Assembly (NCBI RefSeq): GCF_011745625.1
Contig: NW_027191465.1
Span: forward strand, 248,001 to 312,000
DNA length: 64,000 nucleotides
Direction of reading: 5' to 3'
Source: Cladosporium halotolerans
Lineage: Eukaryota
The first letter of the stretch is position 1. Each line of letters opens with the position of its first letter. Shown one piece after another: positions 1 through 11,111 of this stretch. The position numbers and the translations under genes are program-made. The notes under the pieces are model-generated. The model saw only the letters and a program-made list of their open reading frames with translations. It had not been told where the DNA came from and made no database searches.

Positions 1-1072
1 TTTCCTGAGGTGTTGCGTCTTCTCGCAGCTCTGCTCTAGGCTTCTGCTTCCTCGCCCTGGCCTCCAGGGGTGCCTCTTCCAGAAGTAGCTCCTCAAGATC
101 GTACGTTGCATCGAAATTGGTCTTCTCGCTGGACGGGCAGAATACCGGCTCAATCTCCTTCCTGAGTAGAGCATCGAAATCGAGTTCTCTGAAAAATGGG
201 TTGTCGGTGAATGTGTCAAAACCAGCGGAACCAATTCTTTGAGTCTTGTCTTTCTCCAGCAGACTGCTGATTGCATGTAAACAGGGCATCGAGACGGGCG
301 GAGAAGTGACGGGGAAGGCTGGGTCAGCCTTGACAATTGCCTGTGCGAGCGCATCGTGGTTGTTGGCCTCGAAAGGTCGCTTGTTGTAGATGCACTCGTA
401 GAAGAGTACGCCAAGCGACCACCAGTCTACCTCCGAGTAATATCCCTTGCCCATGTACACTTCCGGTGCTAAGTAAGCTAAGGTTCCAGATTTGCTCGTC
501 AAAGGTTTGTGCGGTGTGAGGTCCGAGGCGACGTTGAAATCCGCCAAATGTACATGGCCCTCATTGTCCAGTAAAACGTTGTCAGGCTTGACATCTCGAT
601 GTACGATGCCCTGGCCGTGTACGTATCTCAGCGCGCATCCCAGCTCTGCTATCCAGAATCGCACTGCTTCCTCGGTGAAGGTTTTGCGTGAGATGTGGAA
701 TCTCAAGTCTCCTCCGGTCATCAGGTCCACGACGATGTACCTGCCAATGTCAGCCTAAGTCACCCTCCTTTTCCATTCGTAATCTTCAACTCACAAGTAT
801 TCCATATCCTGAAAACTATACCGCAAGTTACACAAGAACGGGTGGTTCAAGTGCTCCAGCATCCTTCGCTCTCGTATTATATTCCTGACACTTTCCGAGC
901 GTACCACCTCATCTTTCCGGATGTACTTGAGCGCAAATGTGAGACCGGTGTCTTTGCGCTCGACAATGCGGACCTTTCCAAACGCTCCCTTGCCTACAAC
1001 TCGGAGAAGGCGGAAGTGGTTCAGGTTGACCTCGTCTGTCATGCATATGGGCTTGCCGTTTGAATTGCCCAT
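1..1072 (-). CDS. AGC/YANK (STK32-like) Ser/Thr protein kinase; 3' end lies beyond the left window edge
   Basis: N-terminus MGNSNGK (myristoylation-like), GKGAFGKV loop, FALK lysine. Intron 741..794 (GTGAG...GCTGAC...CAG) joins MEYL to YIVVDLMTGGDLRFH. Downstream HRDVKPDN, DFN and GTLAYLAPE motifs are readable on the minus strand. Confidence 0.9.
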
Positions 1073-2150
1073 GGTGCTCGATGGCTCGGCCGAGATCGAG
1101 CGGGGATGTGGAGGATGTAATACTCAGTAAGGACCTGGTCAGAGATGGAGTCAGCTTATGTGTTGAGAAGCCACCGCGGTGGCGCCTGCCCCTCGCTGTT
1201 CTTACACCTCACTTGTTGATGGGTGGTCCCGCCAGAACGCAGGGTGCGGTGAGGCACTGATACGTACAGTGATGGGAATGGCCTGCGACGGCGTGATCTG
1301 GCCAGGAATGAGGCCCGATTTTGCAGGTCCAGGGTGAGAGTCTCGCAGCAATGATCTTTGCGAAGAATATCACCGCATGTCCCGCCCGAGATCAAGAATG
1401 CAGATGCGTCCACAGATGGCGTTCCATGCAAAGCGATCGAGCGAGGCTCCGGTGTGCTCGCGCCAATCCCTCTCCAGACGTCAGGTCCGCAATGAGTTTC
1501 CTATTTGCGCCGCGGGTGCAGGAGGTATGCAAGCTGCCGTGTAGCCGACGTCAAGGCAGCGTGGCGGAGGCACGGATGTGGTGAGGCGAGGTTGCACGAA
1601 GGAGTGCAGCGGGCGTGGTAACCGGGGTGTCGGAAGCGGAGGATGAGGGCGCGGTGAGCAGGAGATGCAACGGGCCTGAAGCGGTATGGGCTGGCAGGGC
1701 GGCGTGGGTGACGTGTGCAACGGCAGCGGTACCGGTGGTGTTGTAGAGGTGGTGTTGGGCGACAGGCGGGCCGGGTGAGATGCGTGGTGGTGCAGACGGC
1801 GGCAGCGGGTGAGGTGCGGCGGAGGGTCGGGATGGGGGTGGACGGACGGTGTTCGGCAGGGAGGACAGAGGCTCGGGGCGGAAGGCAGGGCCGCACGGGA
1901 TTGGGGGCGGCGGCAGCAGCAGGGAGGCGGAGGCAGTTGGAGGGTGGCAGATACGTGGATGCGTGGATGCGTGGATGGGATGCGAAAGGGGAGGATCAGC
2001 GGGTCAGGCCCATTGCGGCGTGGTGGTGCGGCGTGGTGGACTGGTGGTGCTCGCAAAAACGCGAGTCGTGCAGTCGCAGGCGCCGCCGGCGGATTGGCAC
2101 GCGCCTCCGCAACGTGGTGCCCACGCAGCGAGCCGCCGCCCGCCCACGCT

Positions 2151-2233
2151 GCCTGCCGTGTGTCTGCCTGTGTGCCTGATGAGCCTGCCGTGTGTCTGCC
2201 TGTGTGCCTGATGCGCCTGCCGTGTGTCTGCCT
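2151..2233. repeat. 32-bp minisatellite, about 2.6 copies (gcctgccgtgtgtctgcctgtgtgcctgatga)
   Basis: Direct tandem copies at 2151-2182 and 2183-2214, partial copy at 2215-2233. Confidence 0.85.
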
Positions 2234-2683
2234 CAGCCTGCCTCAGCCTGCCGCCCTCGACGCCCGCCAGACCCTTGCGAGGGCTGAGTGACTGCTGCTT
2301 CTGGAAAGACGGGAGAAGCAGCCTGAGGTGCCGCCATGATGTTGAGATTGCGCATGCTTGCATTGTTGTCATGTATGCCTGAGCCGTGAGGCAATCCATC
2401 TGCAACATCATCGTCCACACTCCCCAACAACCCCATACCCGACTCAAGGCCGGGCTCGTCTCGCGCTCTCTCGCTCTATCATCGGCAATATCGCAGCGCC
2501 CGGCGGCCCTCGACCCAGACGGGCATGCGCCATCATCTAACTTTGCTCTGCCTTTCCTCCAGCTCCACCCACGCGCCGTTCGCCTTGTCCGACGCCCTAT
2601 TTTCCAGAGCCTCCCGAGCCTCCCCACGCCTGGGCCAGTCTGTGCGCACGCCCTGTGCCCGCCCGCCGTCGCTGAAACAGCCA

Positions 2684-2741
2684 GCCTGCTCCTCCCGCCG
2701 GCCCATCCGCCTGCTCCTCCCGCCGGCCCATCCGCCTGCTC
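2684..2741. repeat. 25-bp tandem repeat, about 2.3 copies (gcctgctcctcccgccggcccatcc)
   Basis: Copies at 2684-2708 and 2709-2733, partial copy at 2734-2741. Confidence 0.85.
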
Positions 2742-3882
2742 GCCTTATCTCGCCCGCCGGCCGTAAGCTGTTCGAAGTCACTTGCTGCTTATATCCACTA
2801 CGGCCGTGGACCGCCCTCCCTGCTTGCGCAAACCACCACTCCCCCGTTGCACCGTCGAAGACTCCGCTGCAAGACCTTGCATGCATGTGGCCTAGTGTGA
2901 AGATAAACTCGCGAGGCACCTCGGCCGATCGCTCCGAACCACAGCCTCACATTGACAGCCCTACAGTGTGTCTCAGGAGATAGGACGGCACCGCAGCTTG
3001 CGCAGGCTGGGCGTCCCGGCATCAAGGTACTGCCACTCACTGTCAAACAGCTGCGGCGCTGAAGCAAAGCGAGCCAGCGCCGCGTCTAAACATCCTTCGT
3101 CGTGCTGCCACCAATCAGCCGGCGAGTACCGGCGAGCCACGGAGACAAGCCGACAGCGGCAATTGATCTGCAGGGCGCTCTGCCGCTCCACGCGCCAAAA
3201 TTTCATGCCGAACTTGAGGCTTGCCTACATTTTCTTGATCGATCAAACTTAGCGTAGCGCGGAGCCAACTCCCTTCGCCTCGAAGCAATCACAAGAAGGC
3301 GGAGACATCCTGTGTGTCGCGTGAAGGCGGTCTCGAGTCTAAGGCCGACCGTCTCGGTTGCAGTACGAGAAACTCTACGTCGGAGCGCGAATCTCTCCTC
3401 GCTCGGCTAACGCTGCACGCACTGTCAGCACCACGCCCGTGCGAGCTGCAAGTGCCGAACCAAAACCTCGGCGTGCTGCTATTAGCGTCGACTCCTACTT
3501 CTTGCAGGCGATGTATTTGTGTAACGAGCTGCGACACTATAATGATCTACAGGTAAGGGAGGCAATGATGATGCAAGCTTTTGATTACAGAGAGATCTTG
3601 TTGCTCGAGGACTATTTGCAGGCGACAACGTCTCCTTTGAGATCTCCCTGCGGAAGCACTTCCTCACGCCAAGCCGTTCACTATTAAGCGAATACATTAC
3701 TACTGTCGTGATAGAGTTACGCACCGCACTCCGCGACCTGCGAAGCATAGACCATGGATCCAACGTTCCGCGGAGCACAACCTTTTGAACCGTCATCGAT
3801 GCAGAGAAAGCTGCTTACGTGAAGATGCACAACCCTTAGAGCTCGATGCTCGAGAGACATACGCCAGCTTCCGGTGATCCCT

Positions 3883-4647
3883 CTACATGGTGCTCGGATT
3901 AAAGCGCCATGCGCCTCGATGTCTCCTCCTAAGCACGTAATGAATCACATACCGGAGGGAGAATGGCACCGACGGGAAATCGTGCATCCCGCCCTCGAAC
4001 GTCCTGTCCGCGGTCCCGAAGACCAGAGGCTCGATTCGTTGCTAAACGTGATCAGTGAACTGATATCCAAACCATCCTAGCAACCCGGGTTCTCACATTA
4101 TCAGTAGCCATCAGCGCCTTCTCAAGCCGCCGATACGCCTCCCTCAGCCTCGCACTATCATACCCCTCCAGCGCCGGCAGCGTCTCAATCTCATCCCAAA
4201 GATGCCCGACCAACGGGGCTCCGCAGTCCCCTCAACAAGCGCCACCACCCTCACCCTCACTTCATCACAGACCTCCGCTTCGCACGTACAATACGCCTCG
4301 AACTGCTCCAACCCCGCCGCGAACGCCCGGTGCTGCTCGACGTTCCGCGCCACGAGGCCCTCGACGCCGGCGACCGCCTCGATGTCCGGGAAGAAGAGCG
4401 CTTCCTCCGCGTCCTGGTGGTGGTGCATCGACTCCGCCCAGCATTTGCAGTAGGTCACGAAGTCGGCGGCGGCGGGGGGAGGGATGTGCGGCGCTTGCAG
4501 GTGGATGGAGGTCAGGCATGAGGGATTAGTTTTGTGTTCATTTGTGCTGATCCGTGAATAAATGTCTAAGGACGAGGTGCGTACGTCTTTTGAGAATGGA
4601 AGGGTGGAGATGAGCGTGTATGGTTGGTCTGCCCAGGGAGCCAACAT
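3883..4647 (-). pseudogene. Hemerythrin (HHE cation-binding) domain gene, disrupted
   Basis: Motifs PWADQPY, SIHLQAPHI, HHHQDAEE, EQHRAF, HLWDEIETL and GAWRFNP. The first intron (donor 4584) has no acceptor. Two frameshifts (~4218, ~4141), intact intron 4042..4096, and TAG at 3883-3885 where Trp is expected. Confidence 0.75.
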
Positions 4648-5115
4648 CGCGGAGTCGGATGACTCCACTTACACAAACGCTGCAAATAAACTCTCGAGAC
4701 ATCGAGAACACCGATCGACGAAATGATCTGTATCATGCATACCGCACCAAATGCCTCTTAATCCAATTTGCGGAGCTTAGCATCTCTTCTCAATCCAGAC
4801 GCAAGCTCCCCTCCGGAGCTGAACGCTCTCGATGTGCGCGATCAGTCAGCCACCCCAGAGCTGACACAGCTGCGTACCGCGGTTTCGGGTTCGGTGTTAC
4901 GACCAATTCACCGGCTTCGCATGTCGCCGGATCTTCGATTGAGTATACAATGGTACTCGAAAGCAGTCGTCTGAGCACCGTAAGCTCTAGCTCCAACTAC
5001 GACGGACGTCTCGACAACGATCCGACGACGACACACCATACTCCAACGCAACACCAGCTTCCACCATTACCAACTATACCAACATCGCCTCAAACCAACC
5101 CCAAAACAAACAAAA

Positions 5116-5952
5116 ATGAAAGTCCTCCTCCTCGGCGCAACAGGCAACATCGGCTCCCGCCTCATCCCCGCCCTCCTCGCCCACCACCACTCCGTCGTCG
5201 CCTACGTGCGCTCGCCCTCCAAACTCCAGTCCCTCCTGCCCGCAACCCTTCACGAACAGATCCTCGTCGTGCAAGGCGACGCCACGGACTCCGCCGCCAT
5301 CAAGCGCGCCATCCTCGAGCACCGCTGCGAGGCCGTCGTCAGCGCCGCGGGCGTCGCGGCGCTCGCGCCCTGGTCGCACGGCGATCTGCCCGTCATTTTC
5401 AAGGCGGTCGTGGAGGGTGTCAGGGCCGCAGGCGCGGAGGGAGGGAAGATGCTGAGATTGTGGGTTATGGGCGGGCAGGGCGTGCTGAAGTATCCCGGGA
5501 CGGGGGTGGCGTTGTCGAAGTAGTGAGTTCGATATCATCCCTCTGACAGCTGCCTCGAGCTCGAATCTAATCCCAGCCGGAATAATAATAGCTTCCCCAT
5601 CTTCCTCGAACACAACGCCAACCTCGCCCTCCTCACCTCCCTGCCGCCCAACACGATCGCCTGGTCCATGCTCTGCCCCAACTGGATGGTCGCGGAATCC
5701 CGCGACCTCTCGCTGACGTCCGCCACGCTGCGCGAGCCCCTCGACGCCGAAGCGGGCGTCCCGCCGCGCTGGAACGACTCGGGCCTGAAGCATGTGCCGC
5801 TCGTGGGGAAGACGCTGGTGGCAGCGATGAATGCGCGGAGGTATAGGATCACGCTAGAGCAGGGTGCGGAGTTTGTGGCGGGGGATTTGGAGAATGGTAG
5901 GGGCGAGTGGGAGGGGAAGGCGGTGGGGGTTATTGGGAAGGGGGTTAAGTGA
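5116..5952 (+). CDS. NAD(P)H-binding Rossmann-fold oxidoreductase (flavin/biliverdin reductase-like atypical SDR)
   Basis: N-terminal MKVLLLGATGNIG, VRS and VQGDA motifs. Intron 5523..5591 (GTGAGT...CTAAT...TAG) restores the frame into the WSMLCP exon. Confidence 0.85.
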
Positions 5953-6190
5953 GGGTGCGGGTGTGGAATAGGGTTTGATGGTCTGTGATAGCTCTTGCCC
6001 TGCGTTTGCTTAGGCGTTCGGGTCTCGACGGGACTGAGTCTGGAAAGCTTCTGTTTCTTGGTCGTCGACGGGTCGCTGCTTTGCCGTCATATCAGCACTA
6101 ACGTAATAATGTAATCCCTCAATCTCAATCGTCACCTCCTCCCTGCTTCCGTCCACCACCCACTCACCCACGCAACAAACGCCAAACAAA

Positions 6191-6784
6191 TCAATAAGCC
6201 AACAGCCCCGTCTTCGCAAGATTAGTCTCCTCCTTCACAACCCTCCCCCCTCGCGCAGCAGTCACCAACCCATCCAACCAATCCTGATGGCCCAGCAACA
6301 TAACATTCGGCCTCCTACTTGCCAGCTCCGCCGCCGGCTTGCCCACCTGACTCTCCTGCGTCAGCACCCTCACCCTCCCGCCCGGCAAATCCTCCACAAG
6401 CCACGCATGATAGACATCAACCGCCTCGTCCTCGCCGCCCTCCAGCGCCGCGCTCCACGCCAGCCTCCCCGGCTGCCCGCGCTCAGGCGCGACGGCCTCG
6501 CGCACGTGCGCCTCGAGCACGGGGAAGCCGAACGTACTGAAGTGGAAGGTGGCGCCCTTTTGGAGGATCGGGCCGGATGCGGGAGGGGTGATGTGCGCGC
6601 AGTTGGGGTAGTAGGTTTGCCACTGGGTGATGTCGGCGAGGAGGGGCCAGATTTGGGACGCGGAGAGGTCCGCGGCGACGGTTTCGTTGGAGGTGAAGTT
6701 GGAGGTTGTGCCGGGGAGGTAGCGGGCGGGCCAGATGATGGCGGATTGGGCGGTTGCGTCGTTGGTGGGGCTGGAGGGTTGCAT
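6191..6784 (-). CDS. SRPBCC/polyketide cyclase-like protein
   Basis: Intronless 197-aa ORF with WP...NFTSNE, W.TYYPN, F.TFGFP, DVYHAWLVEDLPGGRVRVLTQESQ and GHQDWLDGL, which I recall from a bacterial SRPBCC subfamily. Confidence 0.75.
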   Translation of the reverse strand: MQPSSPTNDATAQSAIIWPARYLPGTTSNFTSNETVAADLSASQIWPLLADITQWQTYYPNCAHITPPASGPILQKGATFHFSTFGFPVLEAHVREAVAPERGQPGRLAWSAALEGGEDEAVDVYHAWLVEDLPGGRVRVLTQESQVGKPAAELASRRPNVMLLGHQDWLDGLVTAARGGRVVKEETNLAKTGLLAY

Positions 6785-7290
6785 TTTGGTGGTGTTTTGC
6801 GGGTTGTGGATGGGAGAGTGATGCCTTTGTTGAATGCCTTGTGTCTTAAGCTGGGTTAGTACGGTACGTGTAACTGTTTTGCTGTGTCGTGCCGGTCGTG
6901 AAGGCTGATTACCTTAATAATACTAGTAGATGACGCTAGATGATCGTCGTGAGGATGAAGTCATCCGCCGGGGAACGATCTACAGCTTGCATTGTGGCAG
7001 AGAACATTCGAAGATCGCTCTATTGAAAAACGAATTGGTGCGCGGGACCTAGTTTTGGATAAAAGGCTGACAAAGCGATCTCAAGGCCGAATGATGCTGA
7101 TGATCAAGAAACCCATTGTGCACGGACCCAAGGAACAACACCTTCCACGATTGGACTTTCAAATGATGAACCTTCGACTTCGACAAACAATCCTGCGGCT
7201 ACAAACACTATCGATAGGCATTCACGGATGCGTTGAGGCAGACAATGCGCGCACACTGTTGCCACCCCCCTTAGCGCCAACAACACCGCC

Positions 7291-9782
7291 TCAAATACCA
7301 GACAAAGTTCTCAGCTCATCCATCGCCTGCTCCAACTTAGCTTTCTCAGCCACCAACTCATTGCGCAGCTTTTCCCTCTCCGGATCCTCCGCCAACAATT
7401 CCGCACACTCCGTAGCATTGTTGGCGTTCAGCTCGCCAAGCAGCGTCTGCTCGATCTCGCAGCGAAGAGGCCGCAAGACGCCGTACTCAAGGTTCTTCGC
7501 CACCGTGTCGACGAAGCACATGGTGGCAGTGTCGTAGTAAACAGTGATGGTGGCAATGCAGTCGATCTCGGTGGCCCATTCGTCATCATTCAAAGCCGTA
7601 GCAACCCAGTTGGTGTCCTTGGCCTTTTCGGCGCGCTTCTCATGCGGAGTGGTGCGCGGCTTGCCCGCTTCCAGAGTGTCGAAGTATTCGTTCACCCGCT
7701 GGAGATTGCGGGACTTGACAAGCTCGCGCATGCGAATGTTTTTCATGCTTGCCCATTTGATGTGAGTGATGGGCTTCTCCTGCTCGCAGAGCATGAGGAA
7801 ACGGATGCGATCGCTGGCTTCGTGCATAAGTTTCGCGATGAATGCTTTTAGGACATCGCTGGTGCGCTCATAGAAGAGAGTTTTCTGACGGCTAGCCAGG
7901 GTGTCGGTGATGGATTTAGCGACCAGATTCTCGATCTGGGTGTTGGCGTCCTTGAGCAGGTGGTCGACGATGGCGTCCCAGCTGTTGAGACTCAGAAGGA
8001 TGAGCCTGTCGGTAACCTTGGAATTGATAGAGCCTGGAACACCGCTCGTGTTACCACGGTCGTATTCCCTGCGAAGGCTCTCTAGGGTGTAGGCCTGCTT
8101 CTGCACTACGGGAGCGGCAAACTCCGCTTTGATGCGGCGGCTGGAGGGTGTAGATTCAGCGGGACGCTTCCTTGATGACGCCGAGCTCGGGGTGGTTCTA
8201 ACTGGCATACGCGACGGGGTAGCGTTCATAGCCTCTTCATCGTCAGAAGAGAGAACGATATCAGGCGCCTTATACCCTGGGGTCTTCATGTCGATGGTCG
8301 GCTTAGATTCGCTGAGCTGCTTCTTGAACCTAGAGATCATATCTTCGAAGGTCTTGCGAAACTCGTTGACATCGCTTTCGCCTCTGACATGATGGCTAAT
8401 GTTGGATGCCAGTTGCTGGACTTCACGGATCACCGTGAAAGTCGGGTGAATAGGGCGCTCAGGCAGCAGCTGAAGCTGCTGACTGACGTCGGAAAGCCTG
8501 TCTTGGACACGACTCAAGATCTCGGGGATTCTGCGAATTGGAGGTCAGTAGATGCTACTTCAAGGAAGAGAGACCGGGTTTCAAGTGCGACTCACTGGCC
8601 GCGAATATGCTCCGTCATACCACGAGACACCGCCTCTTGCAAGTTGCCAATGCCAAAGCGCTGCTGCGAAACTCCAGGGAAGCTGGTCCACGGTTCCCGA
8701 GCGAAGAAGCTCAGCTCACGAGTCCTCGCCGTGTTGTGATCCACGCCCGCATCAATCTCAATTTGAGAGAGTTGCTTGGTGATGTACCAGCCCTGCTTCA
8801 GCGCAAACTTCTTTCCACTCAGGATTTGCTGAATGTAGTCAGCTTTGCCGGATTGCAATAAGTCAGCCTTCGTGAGGACACCTGCACAGCGGCCGGTGGC
8901 GTTGCAATTCTTGATAAACCTGAAGGTAGTAGATGTCTCGACGTCCTGATCCGCTCCGCAAGCCAGAAGGATACGGCACATGTCATCTTTGAGGTAGGCA
9001 GTAACAAGTCGCTCGATAACATCGACGAGAGAAGGATCTTCACCGTCCTCGATGACATTGATCGAACCAGGGAGGTCAAAGAAAGAAAGCTCCGGTAAGT
9101 TCGGACCCTGGATCTCCAGGCAGATCACATTTGGCGAAAAGGCAACCTTGCGTGAGGCGGAAAGGTCCACAGTCTTCAGATCGACAGCGACAAAGCTCTG
9201 AGGATTCGCTTGAGGGTTGAGGATGGCCAGCTGAGCCTTACGCAGCATAGAATCTAGCTGTTGCTTCTCAGTCACGGTCGTGAAATGAGTTGTGTCAGGC
9301 TCTGCGAGCTCAAAGAACTGTCCGGCTTGAAACTGGTAATACCGTTTGATGCTGATGTGGCAGGCCCACTGTGTATTGCCGCTCTGCGCGGAGGTGGTGA
9401 TGAGAAATGGGCATCGCGTGCATGTACCGTGAGCGCGCGGCAGCGAAATATCGCACAGCGCTTCTACGATAGAGCTCTTCCCGGCAGATTGGTCGCCGAC
9501 GACCACGAACTTCGGGAGAGAGGGCAAGGTGTTGTTGATGTTCAGGTCTTGAAGGTTCTTGATGCCTTGAATCAAGCGATGAGAATGGGCTCCCAAGGAT
9601 TGCATCGCAGCATGATCGCCGTCCATGGTCGCTTCGGAGCCGGCAAGAGTGGCTTGCGAGTCGGTAGGTGGGGTGTTTGAGGCAGGGCTGACAGTTGATA
9701 CCCGACGGCTGGCGTTCTGACCGGAAGATGATGACGCTAGGGATTCGTTGAGTATCATCTCTTCTTTGATCAAGGAAGACAT
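7291..9782 (-). CDS. Dynamin-superfamily (Mx-like) large GTPase with C-terminal GED-like helices
   Basis: G1 GDQSAGKSS, G2 GTCTR, G3 DLPG, G4 TKAD. Intron 8531..8595 joins HIRGQ to IPEILSRV. C-terminal EDPEREKLR...LEQA GED-like end; about 808 aa. Confidence 0.9.
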
Positions 9783-11111
9783 GCTGCGGAGGTATTAGTT
9801 TGATTGGTGGTGTCAGTCAAAAAAAGTCCGCGAGGTGGAAGCGGCGGCGTTTGGTGGCCGGACAAAGACAGGTGCACTAGGAAAGCGCGACGCAAGCTTG
9901 CAGCTGCATATGGAGTGAATATAGGCAGCTTTACGCGGGTGCAGCGGAATTCACTCACTCAAGAAAGGTTCTGCGTTCGTGGCGGCTGATGCTACAGAAA
10001 GTCTTGACTAGTGAGTGACTGTAATGGCCAAGGTGTAGACAGCGGCTCATGCGGACTGAGCAATGCTGGTTTGTTGTGAAGTATGGTCGAGACAATGCTT
10101 CAGATGTGCGGCATCAGGTAGCCTTTTATGTTCCAGAGTAAGAGGCTGGTCTCCGGCAACCCATAAAGAGACTGCGCAGCAAGGTCAAAGGGTGCCAGTG
10201 ACGAAAACGCATCCACTTCTTGCGAGACTGCGCCATCTACAAGCTCTCACGCCAAGCACATCGCGGTCTACCGTTAGGTCCATTGTAGAAGCGTTGAGCA
10301 GTGTCTATCGACGTGTTGCGAGGCGAGCCCTCAGGGGTTTAAACGTTGCAACAATTGTGCATCATCTCGAAACACACGGACGAGAGGTTGCAGGACGTCA
10401 AGTGAACGGGAAGCTCTGCGATTTTCAGTAGCAAGACTGTCAAGTCGACGTGAGCGGCTGCTGATCACCTTACGGGAAGGGCTGCGGTGTGACCTTTGTG
10501 GAGCCTCATGTTCTGGGCGCTACTCCTGTCATTGGACCGTTCTCGATGGGCTGTTGCTGCAAGAAGCCTGCAACATCCGGTGGAAATGACGGGCGCTTGC
10601 TTCACAAGTCTTAACGTACGGTGCGGAATTGGCTTGAAGTCTTGAGAAGGTATTCTGCCCTTGTCGCATGAAATTGGGAAGTCACTGGCAGGGACGGACG
10701 GTTGCAGCTATAATAATAACTGCAACGTCTTGCAGGAAGTGAGCACGCATGAATGCTCTATGATTCCATCTCACCGTGTGTAAGTGAAGTGTGAAGTTGA
10801 AGGCGACGCGTCGCGGCGGCTGTGATGGTCTGTGAACGCGGGGCGCATCGTCAGGCGGGAGCTGGACCCTGGTCGTTCCAAGATGGGAGGTGAGCTGCCC
10901 GCGAGGAGACAAGTTGCACTGTCCACACCTAAGACCACCGATCTGCGTGAAGGACATCCTCTCATTTGTGAGTCGCAGGACATCCCGTTGACTGGCCAAA
11001 ACTGACAAACAACCAGAGTCTCTGCACCACTGGCCTTTCCTACCCCTTGACTACACGTATACCACATCAGCAGACACCTGAATCCGAGCAGGACGACTTC
11101 ATAAACAAATC

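Noticed and set aside
2151..2741. Repeats as a CRISPR-like array
   Set aside because: Contiguous tandem copies without unique spacers, in a eukaryotic context with no cas genes.
1481..2983. Many overlapping 120-200 aa ORFs on both strands
   Set aside because: Pro/Arg/Ala-rich translations of GC-rich low-complexity DNA, with no motifs or codon bias.
3289..3840. Possible decayed gene on the + strand (helical-looking fragments such as YLCNELRHY and EYITTVVIELRTAL, plus a GTAAG donor)
   Set aside because: Fragments lie in different frames with stops and no recognisable family; cannot be supported without a homology search.
4620..5546. 308-aa + strand ORF
   Set aside because: Alternative-frame shadow overlapping the NAD(P)-binding gene and its promoter.
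10063..11067. 100-120 aa ORFs between the dynamin and GMPP genes
   Set aside because: No motifs, splice structure or codon bias; treated as intergenic.
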